Notes under the pieces: model-generated | Databases searched by the model: none | What the model was told of the DNA's origin: nothing | What the model saw: only the letters and a program-made list of their open reading frames with translations | Shown: positions 27,804 to 36,547 of the stretch, piece by piece | Layout: each line of letters begins with the position of its first letter | Position numbering within the stretch: the first letter of the stretch is position 1 | Source of the DNA: Planctomycetota bacterium | GTDB taxonomy: Bacteria > Planctomycetota > UBA1135 > UBA2386 | DNA length: 64,000 bases | Assembly: GCA_965228735.1 (NCBI GenBank) | Contig: OZ245838.1 | Coordinates: 3,584,001 to 3,648,000 of the forward strand | Direction: 5' to 3' | Made by a program: the position numbers and the translations under genes

Positions 27804-28552
27804 CGCGCCCCCCCACCGGACTGACTCGCGAGGAACTCCGCGACGAACGGATCGGCCGGGGCGTTCTCGAGCTCCTCCGGGGTGCCGGTCTGGACCAGCC
27901 GACCCGCGTTCATGACGGAGATGCGTTCCCCGAGCCGAAACGCCTCCGCGAGATCGTGGGTCACGAGCAGCACGGTCTTGTGGACGCGGGCCAGCAGCCG
28001 CGTGAACTCCTCATGGATGCCCGCGCGCGTGATCGGATCCAGCGCGCCGAACGGCTCGTCCATGAGCACGACCTCCGGATCGAGCGCGAGCGCCCGCGCC
28101 ACCCCGACGCGCTGCCGCTGACCGCCCGACAACTCCGCGGGATACCGCTCCGCGAACTCGTCCGGCGGCAGGTTCACGAGCTCCAGCAGCTCACCGACGC
28201 GAGCGCGGCACGCCGCCGCGGAACGGCCTTCGAGTTCGAGCAGCAGCGCGACGTTACGCGCGACGGTCATGTGCGGGAACAGCCCCCCGTTCTGCACGAC
28301 GTAGCCGATGCGGCGCCGCAGCGCGATCACATCGGCGACTGCGATGTCCTCACCGCCGACCCGCACCCGCCCCGCCGTCGGTTCCTCGAGCCGGTTCACG
28401 AGCCGCAACGTCGTCGTCTTGCCGCAGCCGCTCGTGCCGAGCAGGCAGTGCGTCTCACCGCTCGTCACCGTGAGATCGAGGTCGGCCACTGCGGTGACGG
28501 TCTCGCCGCGCGCGCCGACGAACGTCTTGTGGACTCGTTCGAACTCGATCAC
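27800..28552 (-). CDS. Osmoprotectant ABC transporter ATP-binding protein
   Basis: GTSGCGKTT, LSGGQRQRVG, LMDEPFGALD, VTHD; GTG start at 28552. Confidence 0.93.
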   Translation of the reverse strand: MIEFERVHKTFVGARGETVTAVADLDLTVTSGETHCLLGTSGCGKTTTLRLVNRLEEPTAGRVRVGGEDIAVADVIALRRRIGYVVQNGGLFPHMTVARNVALLLELEGRSAAACRARVGELLELVNLPPDEFAERYPAELSGGQRQRVGVARALALDPEVVLMDEPFGALDPITRAGIHEEFTRLLARVHKTVLLVTHDLAEAFRLGERISVMNAGRLVQTGTPEELENAPADPFVAEFLASQSGGGAR

Positions 28553-28562
28553 CGGCGCCCGT

Positions 28563-29303
28563 TCATTCTGCCCGCACGAGCTCGCGTTCGACCACGGCGA
28601 CGACGTCGTCGACCGTGGCACCCGACGTCTCGACGACGAGGTCGGCCTGCCGATAGAGCGGTTCGCGCTCCGCGAGGATCCGGCGCAGGTCGGCGAACGC
28701 ACGTTCGTTGTCGGCCATCGGCCGCGTGTCGCCCTGCGCGATGACGCGCTCCCAATGATCCTCCGGACGCGCCCGCAGCCAGACCGTGCGCGCGCCGCTC
28801 CGCAGCAACGCGAAGCTCGCATTGTCCGTGACGATGCCACCACCGACCGCGAGCACGCTCGGCGGTCCCGCGAGGTTGTCGGAGAGCACGCTGCGCTCGG
28901 CGTCGCGATAGTAGGCCTCGCCGTGCAGCTGGAAGATCTCGCCGAGTTGCAGGCCGGTCGCGCTCTCGACCCGATCGTCGAGTTCGACGAACGCCCGACC
29001 GAGCCGCTGCGCGAGCGCCGCGCCGACCGTGCTCTTGCCCGCGCCCCGCAACCCCAGCAGCGCGACGTGCCGCGGCGTCCCGGACAACTCGGTCAGCAGC
29101 GCCGCGAGTTCGACCCCGAGTGCCTTGGCGAGGCTGCTGAGCCGCAGCAGCGACGGATTCGCGCTGCCGCCCTCGACATCGGCCAGGAACCGTTCGCTGA
29201 TGTCGGCGCGTTCGGCGAGGTCGCGACGGCTCCACTGCCGCCCGGCACGCAACGCGCGCACGGTGTCACCGAGCCGTTTCAGCAGCGGATGTTCGCGCGC
29301 CAC
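28563..29303 (-). CDS. XRE HTH + shikimate-kinase-like transcriptional regulator (BzdR/BoxR-like)
   Basis: N-terminal HTH (SRRDLAERADISERFLADVEGGSANPS), then ALLGLRGAGKSTVG, GGGIV, RVIAQGDTRPM. Confidence 0.88.
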   Translation of the reverse strand: MAREHPLLKRLGDTVRALRAGRQWSRRDLAERADISERFLADVEGGSANPSLLRLSSLAKALGVELAALLTELSGTPRHVALLGLRGAGKSTVGAALAQRLGRAFVELDDRVESATGLQLGEIFQLHGEAYYRDAERSVLSDNLAGPPSVLAVGGGIVTDNASFALLRSGARTVWLRARPEDHWERVIAQGDTRPMADNERAFADLRRILAEREPLYRQADLVVETSGATVDDVVAVVERELVRAE

Positions 29304-29312
29304 CGGTTCCGG

Positions 29313-30869
29313 TCAGTGGTAGTAGAACTCGCTCGAGTTCACGATCACGTTGCCGGTCGTGCCGCCGCCGAACAGCTGCACCTGACCCTGCGGCGTGCGG
29401 AAGCGGGCCGGGCCGGCCCGCGGAATCGTCATGGGCGGACCGAGCGCGAACGTGCCGCTGCCGACCGAGTAGATCTCGACACTGTCGAGCGGCACGGGCG
29501 TGAGGATGTTGCCCGCGGCGCCGCCGGCGAGCATCAGGTCGCCGTTGTCGAGCACCCAGCCGCGGTGATAGCCGCGCGCGACGTTGAGCGGCGCGATCCC
29601 GGTCCAGGTGTTGGCCACGGCATCGTAGATGCCCGACGCCGCCGTCGGAGTTCCGAGGTTGGTCAGCGACAGGGCGCCGATGCCACCCGCGAACAGATAC
29701 CTGTCGTTCGGTAGCGGCACGGGCTCGAGCAGCGAGCGCGTCGCGTCCATCGTCGGGCCCGCGACCATCGTGCCGGCGCCCGGGTCGAACAGGTCACAGC
29801 TGTCTTCGACGCGCGTCAGGTTGATGATGAACGTGTACCAGCTCACGCCGCCGGCGAGCAGCACCGTGCCGTTCGGCCGCAGGATCGCGACGTGACCCGC
29901 GCGCGGCACGCTGAGGTCGGCGGCCGGACTCCACGTGTCGGTCGCCGGATCGTAGATCTCGGTCGAGTCGACGATGTCGAAGATCGCCGACAGCTGCGTC
30001 GGCGTGACGGTGAGCGCATCGAACCCGCCCGTCACGAACACCCGGCCGTCGGGCAGCAGCGTCGCCGTGTGCCCCATGCGCGGCGAGTTCATCGACGCGA
30101 CGAGCGTGAACGAGTCCGTGGCCGGGTCGTAGATCTCGCAGCTGCTCTGCGGGTTGTTGAACGCGTCCACGCCGCCGACGAACAGCGTGCGACCATCCGG
30201 CAACGCCGTCTGCGTGTGCAGCGACCGCGGATCGTTCATCTGCGGGCCGAGCGTGAACGTGTCGGTGAACGGGTCGTAGATGCCGGTCGTGCGGTGCGCG
30301 TTCTGCGCCAACAGCTGGCCGCGCGCTCCCCCGACGACCATCCATCGCCCGTCCGCGCGCCCAACGACCGTCGCGAACGCGCGTTCGTCGGGGAACGTCA
30401 CCCCGCGGTCGCGAAACGTATTCGCGATCCCGAGGCGGATGATGCCGGGATTGCTGATCTGGTCGACGATCGGCACCCCCCCGCTCAGGGTGACGCCCTG
30501 GAAAAAGATCGGCAGGTCTTGGAACGACGGCACCGAGGCGAGCGGCAGCGGCCCGACGGCGAACCGCTGGTTGAGGTCGGTCAGCCCGAGCCACGACAGG
30601 CTCAGCAGCTCCGTCCCCAACTGCATGGAACGCGGGTCATTAGGGTCGAACACCGCGAGCGGCGTCGGCCCTTGCGAGAACGACGGGATCACCGCAGCGA
30701 ACTGGAACGGCGCGGTCGATGGCGCCATGTCGAACGCGAGATCGCCGGGCGTCGAACCGCCCACGACAGTGAGTTGCAACGCCTGGGCCCGCAGGGCGCA
30801 GGCGCCGGCGAGCCCGGCGAGGACTGCGAGGGCGCAGGTTCGGGCGCGGATCGAGGGGGGGTTCAACAT
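29313..30869 (-). CDS. Secreted Kelch-repeat beta-propeller protein
   Basis: Signal peptide; repeated R..HTAT.LPDGRV.V.GG...EIYDP motifs. Confidence 0.88.
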   Translation of the reverse strand: MLNPPSIRARTCALAVLAGLAGACALRAQALQLTVVGGSTPGDLAFDMAPSTAPFQFAAVIPSFSQGPTPLAVFDPNDPRSMQLGTELLSLSWLGLTDLNQRFAVGPLPLASVPSFQDLPIFFQGVTLSGGVPIVDQISNPGIIRLGIANTFRDRGVTFPDERAFATVVGRADGRWMVVGGARGQLLAQNAHRTTGIYDPFTDTFTLGPQMNDPRSLHTQTALPDGRTLFVGGVDAFNNPQSSCEIYDPATDSFTLVASMNSPRMGHTATLLPDGRVFVTGGFDALTVTPTQLSAIFDIVDSTEIYDPATDTWSPAADLSVPRAGHVAILRPNGTVLLAGGVSWYTFIINLTRVEDSCDLFDPGAGTMVAGPTMDATRSLLEPVPLPNDRYLFAGGIGALSLTNLGTPTAASGIYDAVANTWTGIAPLNVARGYHRGWVLDNGDLMLAGGAAGNILTPVPLDSVEIYSVGSGTFALGPPMTIPRAGPARFRTPQGQVQLFGGGTTGNVIVNSSEFYYH

Positions 30870-31050
30870 TCGGCCTCCGCTCTCCAGTATGCGGCATCGG
30901 GCCCGGGTTGGCACCCCGATCGACCTGGGCTCCATGGCAACGCCAAAAGAGCTCAAGCAGGCGTCAGGGAAAACCCGATGTTCGGGGCACAGAATCAACG
31001 CCCGGGCCCACGAGCGCACGCTTGATCCGGTTGCCCCGAAACGGTACCTA

Positions 31051-31265
31051 GGGCCCGGCGTTGTTGCACCCAACGCGATACAGCTCTCTGTTCTTTGTCT
31101 CGAACCGATTTACCTGGGCGGCTGTCGTGATCGCTCGCAGATCACGGGAGCCACGGTTCACGTAGGGGCTCTCCTCTCCTTGGTCGGGGGCTCGCTCTCG
31201 ACCTCCCCTGCAAGGCATGGAATTTGAGAACCGGCCGGCGGATTCGTCCGCCGGCCGGATTTTTT
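31051..31265 (+). ncRNA. Candidate structured non-coding RNA (possibly 6S-like)
   Basis: Lower-GC intergenic segment with nested helices (gtgatc/gatcac, ggct/agcc, ttctttgtct/aggcatggaa), ending in a strong terminator; boundaries approximate. Confidence 0.35.
31231..31265 (+). terminator. Rho-independent terminator
   Basis: ccggccggcgga-ttcg-tccgccggccgg followed by attttt. Confidence 0.75.
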
Positions 31266-31385
31266 CGCAGGCCCAGTTTTTTGCAGGCCCAGTAGTTAGG
31301 GCAGGAATCTCCGGGTGCAGGCGGGCCGCTCGCGTCTTCTCCAGTTGCACGACCCCGCTCCCCGGCCAATCACGTTCTCCGACGC

Positions 31386-31925
31386 ATGCCCATCTACACC
31401 GGCACAGGCGATGACGGCGACACCGGCTTGTTCAGCAGCCGGCGCGTGAGCAAGGATGACCCCCGCATCGAGGCATACGGCACGATCGACGAGCTCAATT
31501 CGGTGCTCGGACTCGTTCGTGCCGAAACGCTGCCCGACGGCCTCGATGATCGCCTCGCGTCGGTCCAGAGCGCCCTGTTCGAACTCGGCGCCGATCTGGC
31601 CACGGAAGGCGGGCGCGCCAGCGTGCCCCGCATCGAACCGGCGATCGCCGAACTCGAGGCCTGGATCGACGAGTCCGAAGCGCAGCTGCCGCAGCTGACC
31701 TCGTTCGTGCTGCCGGGCGGTTCGCGCGCAGCGGGGCTCTTCCACGTCGCGCGCACGGTCGCGCGACGCGCGGAACGCCGCTACTGGTCGCTGCGGCGGC
31801 TCGGTACCGAGGTTCCCGAGCAGATCGGCGTCTACCTCAACCGCATCTCCGACCTGTTCTTCTCGTGGGCGCGGCTCGCGAACCGCGCAGCTGGCGTCGA
31901 CGACACGCCCTGGCGCCGCGGGTGA
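31386..31925 (+). CDS. pduO: ATP:cob(I)alamin adenosyltransferase (PduO-type)
   Basis: IYTGTGDDGDTGL, RIEAYGTIDELNS, FVLPGG, ARRAER, YLNRISDLFF. Confidence 0.93.
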   Translation: MPIYTGTGDDGDTGLFSSRRVSKDDPRIEAYGTIDELNSVLGLVRAETLPDGLDDRLASVQSALFELGADLATEGGRASVPRIEPAIAELEAWIDESEAQLPQLTSFVLPGGSRAAGLFHVARTVARRAERRYWSLRRLGTEVPEQIGVYLNRISDLFFSWARLANRAAGVDDTPWRRG

Positions 31926-31998
31926 TCCGGCCGGGATGATCCAGCCCGGATAGCTTCAGCTGGCGACGGCCGCAGCCGCCGGTTGCGGGCACTCGAGT

Positions 31999-32934
31999 TC
32001 AGCGACGACGCCGCAGCACGTGCACGTCCTGATACAGCCCGAGCGCGGCCGGCACGCAGCCGATCACGTCGACGCCGAGCTCCGCGAGGGCGCTGCCCCA
32101 GACGTCGCGCGCGAAGGTCTCCGTCAGGAACGAATTGCCGTAGTCCGGCGCCACGCCATCCGCCCGTTCGATCGATGCAGCCGACAGGTTGCGGTGCACG
32201 AAACCCGTCGTGCAGAGCTGCCGCATCAGGCCGGGCACGTCCGCCGCGTCGATCTTGAGCACCTTCTGGTGCTGCGCCGATCGCGCCGTCAACGCGAGCG
32301 CGAACGCGCCATGCGTCGAGGCGAGGATCATCCCGCCGGGCCGCGTGACCCGCGCGAGTTCGCGCAACCAGGCGAGCCCCGGGTCGCGGTCGAGATGGCT
32401 GAACACGGAGAGCGCCACGGTGAGGTCGACGCTGTCGTCGGGCAGCTCGAGCGGGGGCGCCGTCGCGTTCACGAAGAACCGCCCCGGCAACTCGGCGCGA
32501 CACCACTCGATCGCCGCAGCCCGAACGTCGGAGCCATGAATCGTCGCGTCGGGCAACGCCATCGCGAGCCACCGCGCCAGCCGGCCGCAACCGCACCCGA
32601 AGTCGAACACGGCCTCGAGTTCACCGAGGTCACGGTCGTCGAACAACGCGAACAGCTCGGCGACGATCCGGTAGTCCTGCAGCCCCGTGTAGAGGTGCCC
32701 GCGCGGGTCCATACCGCCGCACGCGGTCGCCCGCAGCTCGGCGGGCGGCAGCGGCGGGAAGAACCGGGCGATGCGCTCGTCCTCGATCGGCCCATTGGAG
32801 TAGAGCCATTCGCAGAACTCGGGACTCGTCGCCGACGGAAACGCCCGCTGCAGGTCCGGGCGTGCCGCGTGCACGGCACCGCCGATGCGGATGAGCTCCG
32901 GATCGCGGGGTGCGAGGCGCTGGAACGGATGCAT
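31999..32934 (-). CDS. Class I SAM-dependent methyltransferase
   Basis: VFDFGCGCGRL, SVFSHL, WLRELARVTRPGG. Confidence 0.85.
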   Translation of the reverse strand: MHPFQRLAPRDPELIRIGGAVHAARPDLQRAFPSATSPEFCEWLYSNGPIEDERIARFFPPLPPAELRATACGGMDPRGHLYTGLQDYRIVAELFALFDDRDLGELEAVFDFGCGCGRLARWLAMALPDATIHGSDVRAAAIEWCRAELPGRFFVNATAPPLELPDDSVDLTVALSVFSHLDRDPGLAWLRELARVTRPGGMILASTHGAFALALTARSAQHQKVLKIDAADVPGLMRQLCTTGFVHRNLSAASIERADGVAPDYGNSFLTETFARDVWGSALAELGVDVIGCVPAALGLYQDVHVLRRRR

Positions 32935-32972
32935 GCGTGGCCCATCGCCCGGTTGGCGGTCGCCCGAATCGT

Positions 32973-33031
32973 GGGCGCCGAATTCCCGGGCGCCGAACTC
33001 CCGGGCGCCGAACTCCCGGGCGCCCTTTCCC
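32973..33031. repeat. 15-bp intergenic tandem repeat (gggcgccgaa(t/c)tccc) x3 plus a degenerate fourth copy
   Basis: Read directly; units start at 32973, 32988, 33003 and 33018. Confidence 0.85.
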
Positions 33032-33082
33032 TGGGCGGCCGAATCGAGAGCGGCCGACGTGGTCGGCGGCCGCTTCTCCGAA

Positions 33083-33406
33083 CTAGACCGGGCCCGCGGC
33101 CGTGCGGCCGAGGCGGCAGGCGCGGCGCAGCCACATCATCGCGCGCTCGACTTCGCGGGGGCCCGTGACCGGGATCTCGACGAACTCGCGGCTGTGCGGA
33201 TCGCCGTCGTCGGGCATCCGCTTCGCGCCGATGATCTTCAGCGCTTCCGTCACTTGCGGCGGCGCGAGCTTGACGACGACGCCCTTCTTGCCGAGATACG
33301 CAAACACCTGGCCACGGACGAAGAACGAGTCCTTGCCGTCCTTCTTCTCACGGTTGACATCCTTCCAGGCGCAGAGCCGTTCAACAATGGTGGCGAGTGG
33401 ATCCAT
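33083..33406 (-). CDS. Small hypothetical protein (TfoX/YjbR-like fold)
   Basis: FFVRGQVFAYL..VVVKL..EFVEIPV..WLRRA pattern. Confidence 0.6.
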   Translation of the reverse strand: MDPLATIVERLCAWKDVNREKKDGKDSFFVRGQVFAYLGKKGVVVKLAPPQVTEALKIIGAKRMPDDGDPHSREFVEIPVTGPREVERAMMWLRRACRLGRTAAGPV

Positions 33407-33644
33407 GCTATCTTTCGGTATTTATGAGGGTTTGCGCGGCTCGACTGCCGCCTGACCAGGTCCTCTTAGGCCACGCGGGCCGAATCCGAGGGGCAAACAG
33501 TATACCGACTCGCGCGGAAGACGCCATGACCGAGTGCCGGATCGGCGCGCGAGGGCGCACCGAGCCCCCTCTGCGCGCCCCTTCGCAATCCGCGGGCGCC
33601 TCGCCAACCGGCCCTAAGCTACTGCTTCGGAGGGCCTTCTGACT

Positions 33645-34589
33645 CTACCGCCGCAGAAACAGATTCTTGGTCACGAGCCAGACCATCGCCGGATACTCGT
33701 CGAGCCGGCGCCGCAGATACTGGATCGCCATGTCCCAGCCAACCGCGAACGGGACGTACAATCGTGCCCGGATCCCGCGCCCGACGAGGTCACCCAGGAT
33801 ACGGTCACGCGGAACCCCGTAGAGCATCTGGACCTCGTAGCACTCGGACCCGACCCCGACGCGCGGCACGACCTCGTCGACGAAGCGCTGCAGGCAGGCC
33901 CGGTCGTGGGTCGCGAATTCGACGTAGTGGCCGTTCTGCAGCAGCCGCTCGGCGAACTCGAGCATGCGCTCCTTCATCGCCGGCTTGTCGGTCAGCGCGA
34001 CCTCGGCCGGCTCCTGGTAGATGCCGATCACGAGCCGAACGCGCAGCCCCTGCGGCAGCCGGTCGAGGTCGGCGGCGGTGCGGTGCAACCGCGTCTGTAG
34101 CACCCCGCCGACGTGGGTGTGGCCCGCAGCGTGCAGCCGGTCGAGCAGATCGAGTGTGAAGTCGGTCCACGCCCGCCCTTCCATGTCGATCGACACGTCG
34201 ACGCCGCGCTCCTTGGCGCGTTCGACGATCCGCTCGATCGCGGCCACCGCGCCCCGCGCGTCACCGTCGGGCAGCGGCTTGGTCGTGTAGGACGACGGCT
34301 TGAGCGAGAGGGTCGGGCGGCCCGCGGGCGGCAGGCCGGAATCGGCCACCGCGTCCACCATTTGGAGATACGTGTCGAGGTTGGCCTGCGCCTGGGCGTC
34401 CTCCTCGATGTCCTCGGCCAGCAGATCGAGAGTTGCGGTGAGCTGCCGATCCCGCCACAGCCCCTCGACCACCGTCATCGCTTTGGCCAGCGAGTCCCCG
34501 GCCACGTAGGGCTTGGCGAAGAACCGGACGAGCGGAGCGGGGATGAGTCGGATGAGGGGATTCACGGCGTCGACGGCGACTGCTGGCAC
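33645..34589 (-). CDS. Monofunctional proline dehydrogenase
   Basis: YVAGDSL, TLDLLAE, LSLKPS, IDME, ATHD, YEVQMLYGV, RLYVPF..YLRRRL; start uncertain (GTG 34589 or 34565). Confidence 0.9.
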   Translation of the reverse strand: MPAVAVDAVNPLIRLIPAPLVRFFAKPYVAGDSLAKAMTVVEGLWRDRQLTATLDLLAEDIEEDAQAQANLDTYLQMVDAVADSGLPPAGRPTLSLKPSSYTTKPLPDGDARGAVAAIERIVERAKERGVDVSIDMEGRAWTDFTLDLLDRLHAAGHTHVGGVLQTRLHRTAADLDRLPQGLRVRLVIGIYQEPAEVALTDKPAMKERMLEFAERLLQNGHYVEFATHDRACLQRFVDEVVPRVGVGSECYEVQMLYGVPRDRILGDLVGRGIRARLYVPFAVGWDMAIQYLRRRLDEYPAMVWLVTKNLFLRR

Positions 34590-34773
34590 TGATAGCTCGC
34601 CGGACTTCGCACACAAGCGCCCGTAAGCCCCTCGCTTTCGAGACTTTGGGACGAACGGACGCGGGCGATCGCAACGCCGGAGGCCCGGAGCCGAGGCGAT
34701 CGGCCCGGCGGGCCGAATCATGCCGCCGCTAGCCCCGGAAAGCGAGCGCGAGCGCCGACCCCCGAACGCCATG

Positions 34774-34787
34774 TTGAACATGTTCAA
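34774..34787. promoter_or_regulatory. Palindromic operator 1 (TTGAACATGTTCAA), likely TetR site
   Basis: Perfect 14-bp AT-rich palindrome, repeated at 34831, upstream of an operon ending in a TetR gene. Confidence 0.75.
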
Positions 34788-34830
34788 AAATCTGGCAGGA
34801 CACCGAAACACGAGCCGCCGACACGAGTTT

Positions 34831-34844
34831 TTGAACATGTTCAA
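34831..34844. promoter_or_regulatory. Palindromic operator 2 (TTGAACATGTTCAA), likely TetR site
   Basis: Identical copy starting 57 bp after the first. Confidence 0.75.
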
Positions 34845-34901
34845 GAACGCCCACACCCAAGCCATCAGTCCGATTCCGGAGGCCTTCGGGAGCACTCAGC
34901 C

Positions 34902-35342
34902 ATGACGCCAACTCTCTACACCTACGCCGCTTACCTGCTCATCAGCATCGGCTTGACCGGCTGGGTCGGCCGCACCCTGCACCGCAACGGGCGGCCGTTC
35001 CTGCTCGACGTGTTCCGGGACCGCGACGACCTCGCCGACTCGGTCAACCACCTGCTGCTCGTCGGCTTCTACCTCGTCAACCTGGGTTACATCACGTTCG
35101 CCCTCAAGGTCGCCGAGAAGGTCGCGGACGCGACCGCGGCCGTCGAGGTGCTCTCGCAGAAGGTCGGCCTGGTGCTCGTCGTGCTCGGCGCGATGCACTT
35201 CCTCAACCTCTACGTCTTCAGCCGGATCCGCCGCCAGGCGACCCTGCGGCACGCCGCCCGCCCGGTTCCGCCCGATGGCCACCTCACACCCGCGGGTGCC
35301 GGTGTGGCCCCACCGCCGCCCTTGCCCGACGAGGGCCAGTGA
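34902..35342 (+). CDS. Small integral membrane protein
   Basis: Three TM segments; LADSVNHLLLVGFYLVNLGY, LGAMHFLNL; GGGAG upstream. Confidence 0.8.
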   Translation: MTPTLYTYAAYLLISIGLTGWVGRTLHRNGRPFLLDVFRDRDDLADSVNHLLLVGFYLVNLGYITFALKVAEKVADATAAVEVLSQKVGLVLVVLGAMHFLNLYVFSRIRRQATLRHAARPVPPDGHLTPAGAGVAPPPPLPDEGQ

Positions 35343-35349
35343 GCCGGCG

Positions 35350-35706
35350 ATGACGGACCACGTCGAGCTCACCGTCTACTTCGACGGCGACTGCGGCTTC
35401 TGCCGCCGCGTCGCCGGCTGGCTCGATCGCCAGCCCAAGTTCGTGCCCGTCCACTGCGTCGCGGCGCAGCGGGCGGCCGCCGCCGGATGCGCGTTCGACC
35501 TCGACACACTCCTCGCGCAGGTCACGGTCGTCGCGAGCGATGGCGCATGGTATCGCGGGACCAAAGCCTGGCTCGTGGTGCTCTGGGCCCTGCAGAATTA
35601 CCGTGGCTGGTCGCTGCGCCTCGCCGCGCCCGAACGCCGCAAGCACGCCGAACGGCTGTTCGCGGTGATCACGGGCCTGGCATCGCTGACGAAGTCCCGC
35701 ACCTGA
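35350..35706 (+). CDS. DCC1-like thiol-disulfide oxidoreductase (DUF393)
   Basis: TVYFDGDCGFC (DxxCxxC) at the N-terminus. Confidence 0.85.
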   Translation: MTDHVELTVYFDGDCGFCRRVAGWLDRQPKFVPVHCVAAQRAAAAGCAFDLDTLLAQVTVVASDGAWYRGTKAWLVVLWALQNYRGWSLRLAAPERRKHAERLFAVITGLASLTKSRT

Positions 35707-36389
35707 CCACTGCCTTGCGAACAGAACGCACAGAACGCGCCGAACGGACCAAAGCCACGATCGTGAGTGCCGCGCTCGAACTGTTCCGCGACCGCGGCTA
35801 CGAGGCGACGACGATGCGGATGGTCGCGGAGCGCGCCGGCGTCTCGGTCGGCAACGCCTACTACTACTTCCGCGGCAAGGACATGCTCCTGCAGGCGTTC
35901 TACCGCGAGATCCACGACGCCGAGATCGCCGCCGCGCGCCCCGTGCTCGAGCGGGAGCACAAGCTGCCACAACGGCTGCGCGGCGTCATGCACAGCAAGC
36001 TCGAGGTCATCGAGCCCTACCACCGCTTCAGCGCGCTCATGTTCCGCAGCGCGGCCGATCCGGAGAGCCCCCTCAACCCGTTCCATCCCGCGGGCGCGCG
36101 CATTCGCGCGGCCGGCGAAGCGTTGTTCACCGAGGTGGTCGCGGGCGCGCGGCCCGGCCTCAGCGCCGACCTGCGCAAGGAGCTGCCGCCGCTGCTGTGG
36201 AGCTATTCGATGGGGATGATCCTGTTCTGGATCTACGACCGCTCGCCCGAACGTGAGGCCACGCGCCGGTTCATCGATCGAACGACGGACGTGATCGCGA
36301 CGGCGCTGCGGGTTGCGAGCAACCCGCTGATGCGGCCGCTGCGGCGCAAGGTGCTCGACCTCGTCCGGGACCTGACGCCGGCGCCTTGA
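35703..36389 (+). CDS. TetR family transcriptional regulator
   Basis: ALELFRDRGYEATTMRMVAERAGVSVGNAYYYFRGK; start uncertain (CTG 35703 or TTG 35715). Confidence 0.92.
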   Translation: MTTALRTERTERAERTKATIVSAALELFRDRGYEATTMRMVAERAGVSVGNAYYYFRGKDMLLQAFYREIHDAEIAAARPVLEREHKLPQRLRGVMHSKLEVIEPYHRFSALMFRSAADPESPLNPFHPAGARIRAAGEALFTEVVAGARPGLSADLRKELPPLLWSYSMGMILFWIYDRSPEREATRRFIDRTTDVIATALRVASNPLMRPLRRKVLDLVRDLTPAP

Positions 36390-36477
36390 GGTCCAGCCCG
36401 CCTGCCCGCCCGCCCTCCTGTCCGACGCCCTCGCAGAAGTCGTTCGACGACAACGACCTGGGACGCCACGCCCGCCG

Positions 36478-36547
36478 TGCACAATCAAAGCACCAGCTCA
36501 GTGCGGCGAGCCTGGGCGCCCCATGCACAATCAAAGCACCAGCTCAG
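36478..36547. repeat. 24-bp direct repeat x2 (tgcacaatcaaagcaccagctcag), 22-bp spacer
   Basis: Exact copies at 36478-36501 and 36524-36547. Confidence 0.85.

Noticed and set aside
31270..31385. Cobalamin riboswitch upstream of pduO
   Set aside because: No B12-box or GCCACTG/GGGAAG core motifs could be found.
36478..36547. Possible CRISPR mini-array
   Set aside because: Only two repeats, a 22-bp spacer, no palindrome or leader, and no cas genes; the Cas4-like Cys staple in DUF2779 is 13 kb away and belongs to a different family.
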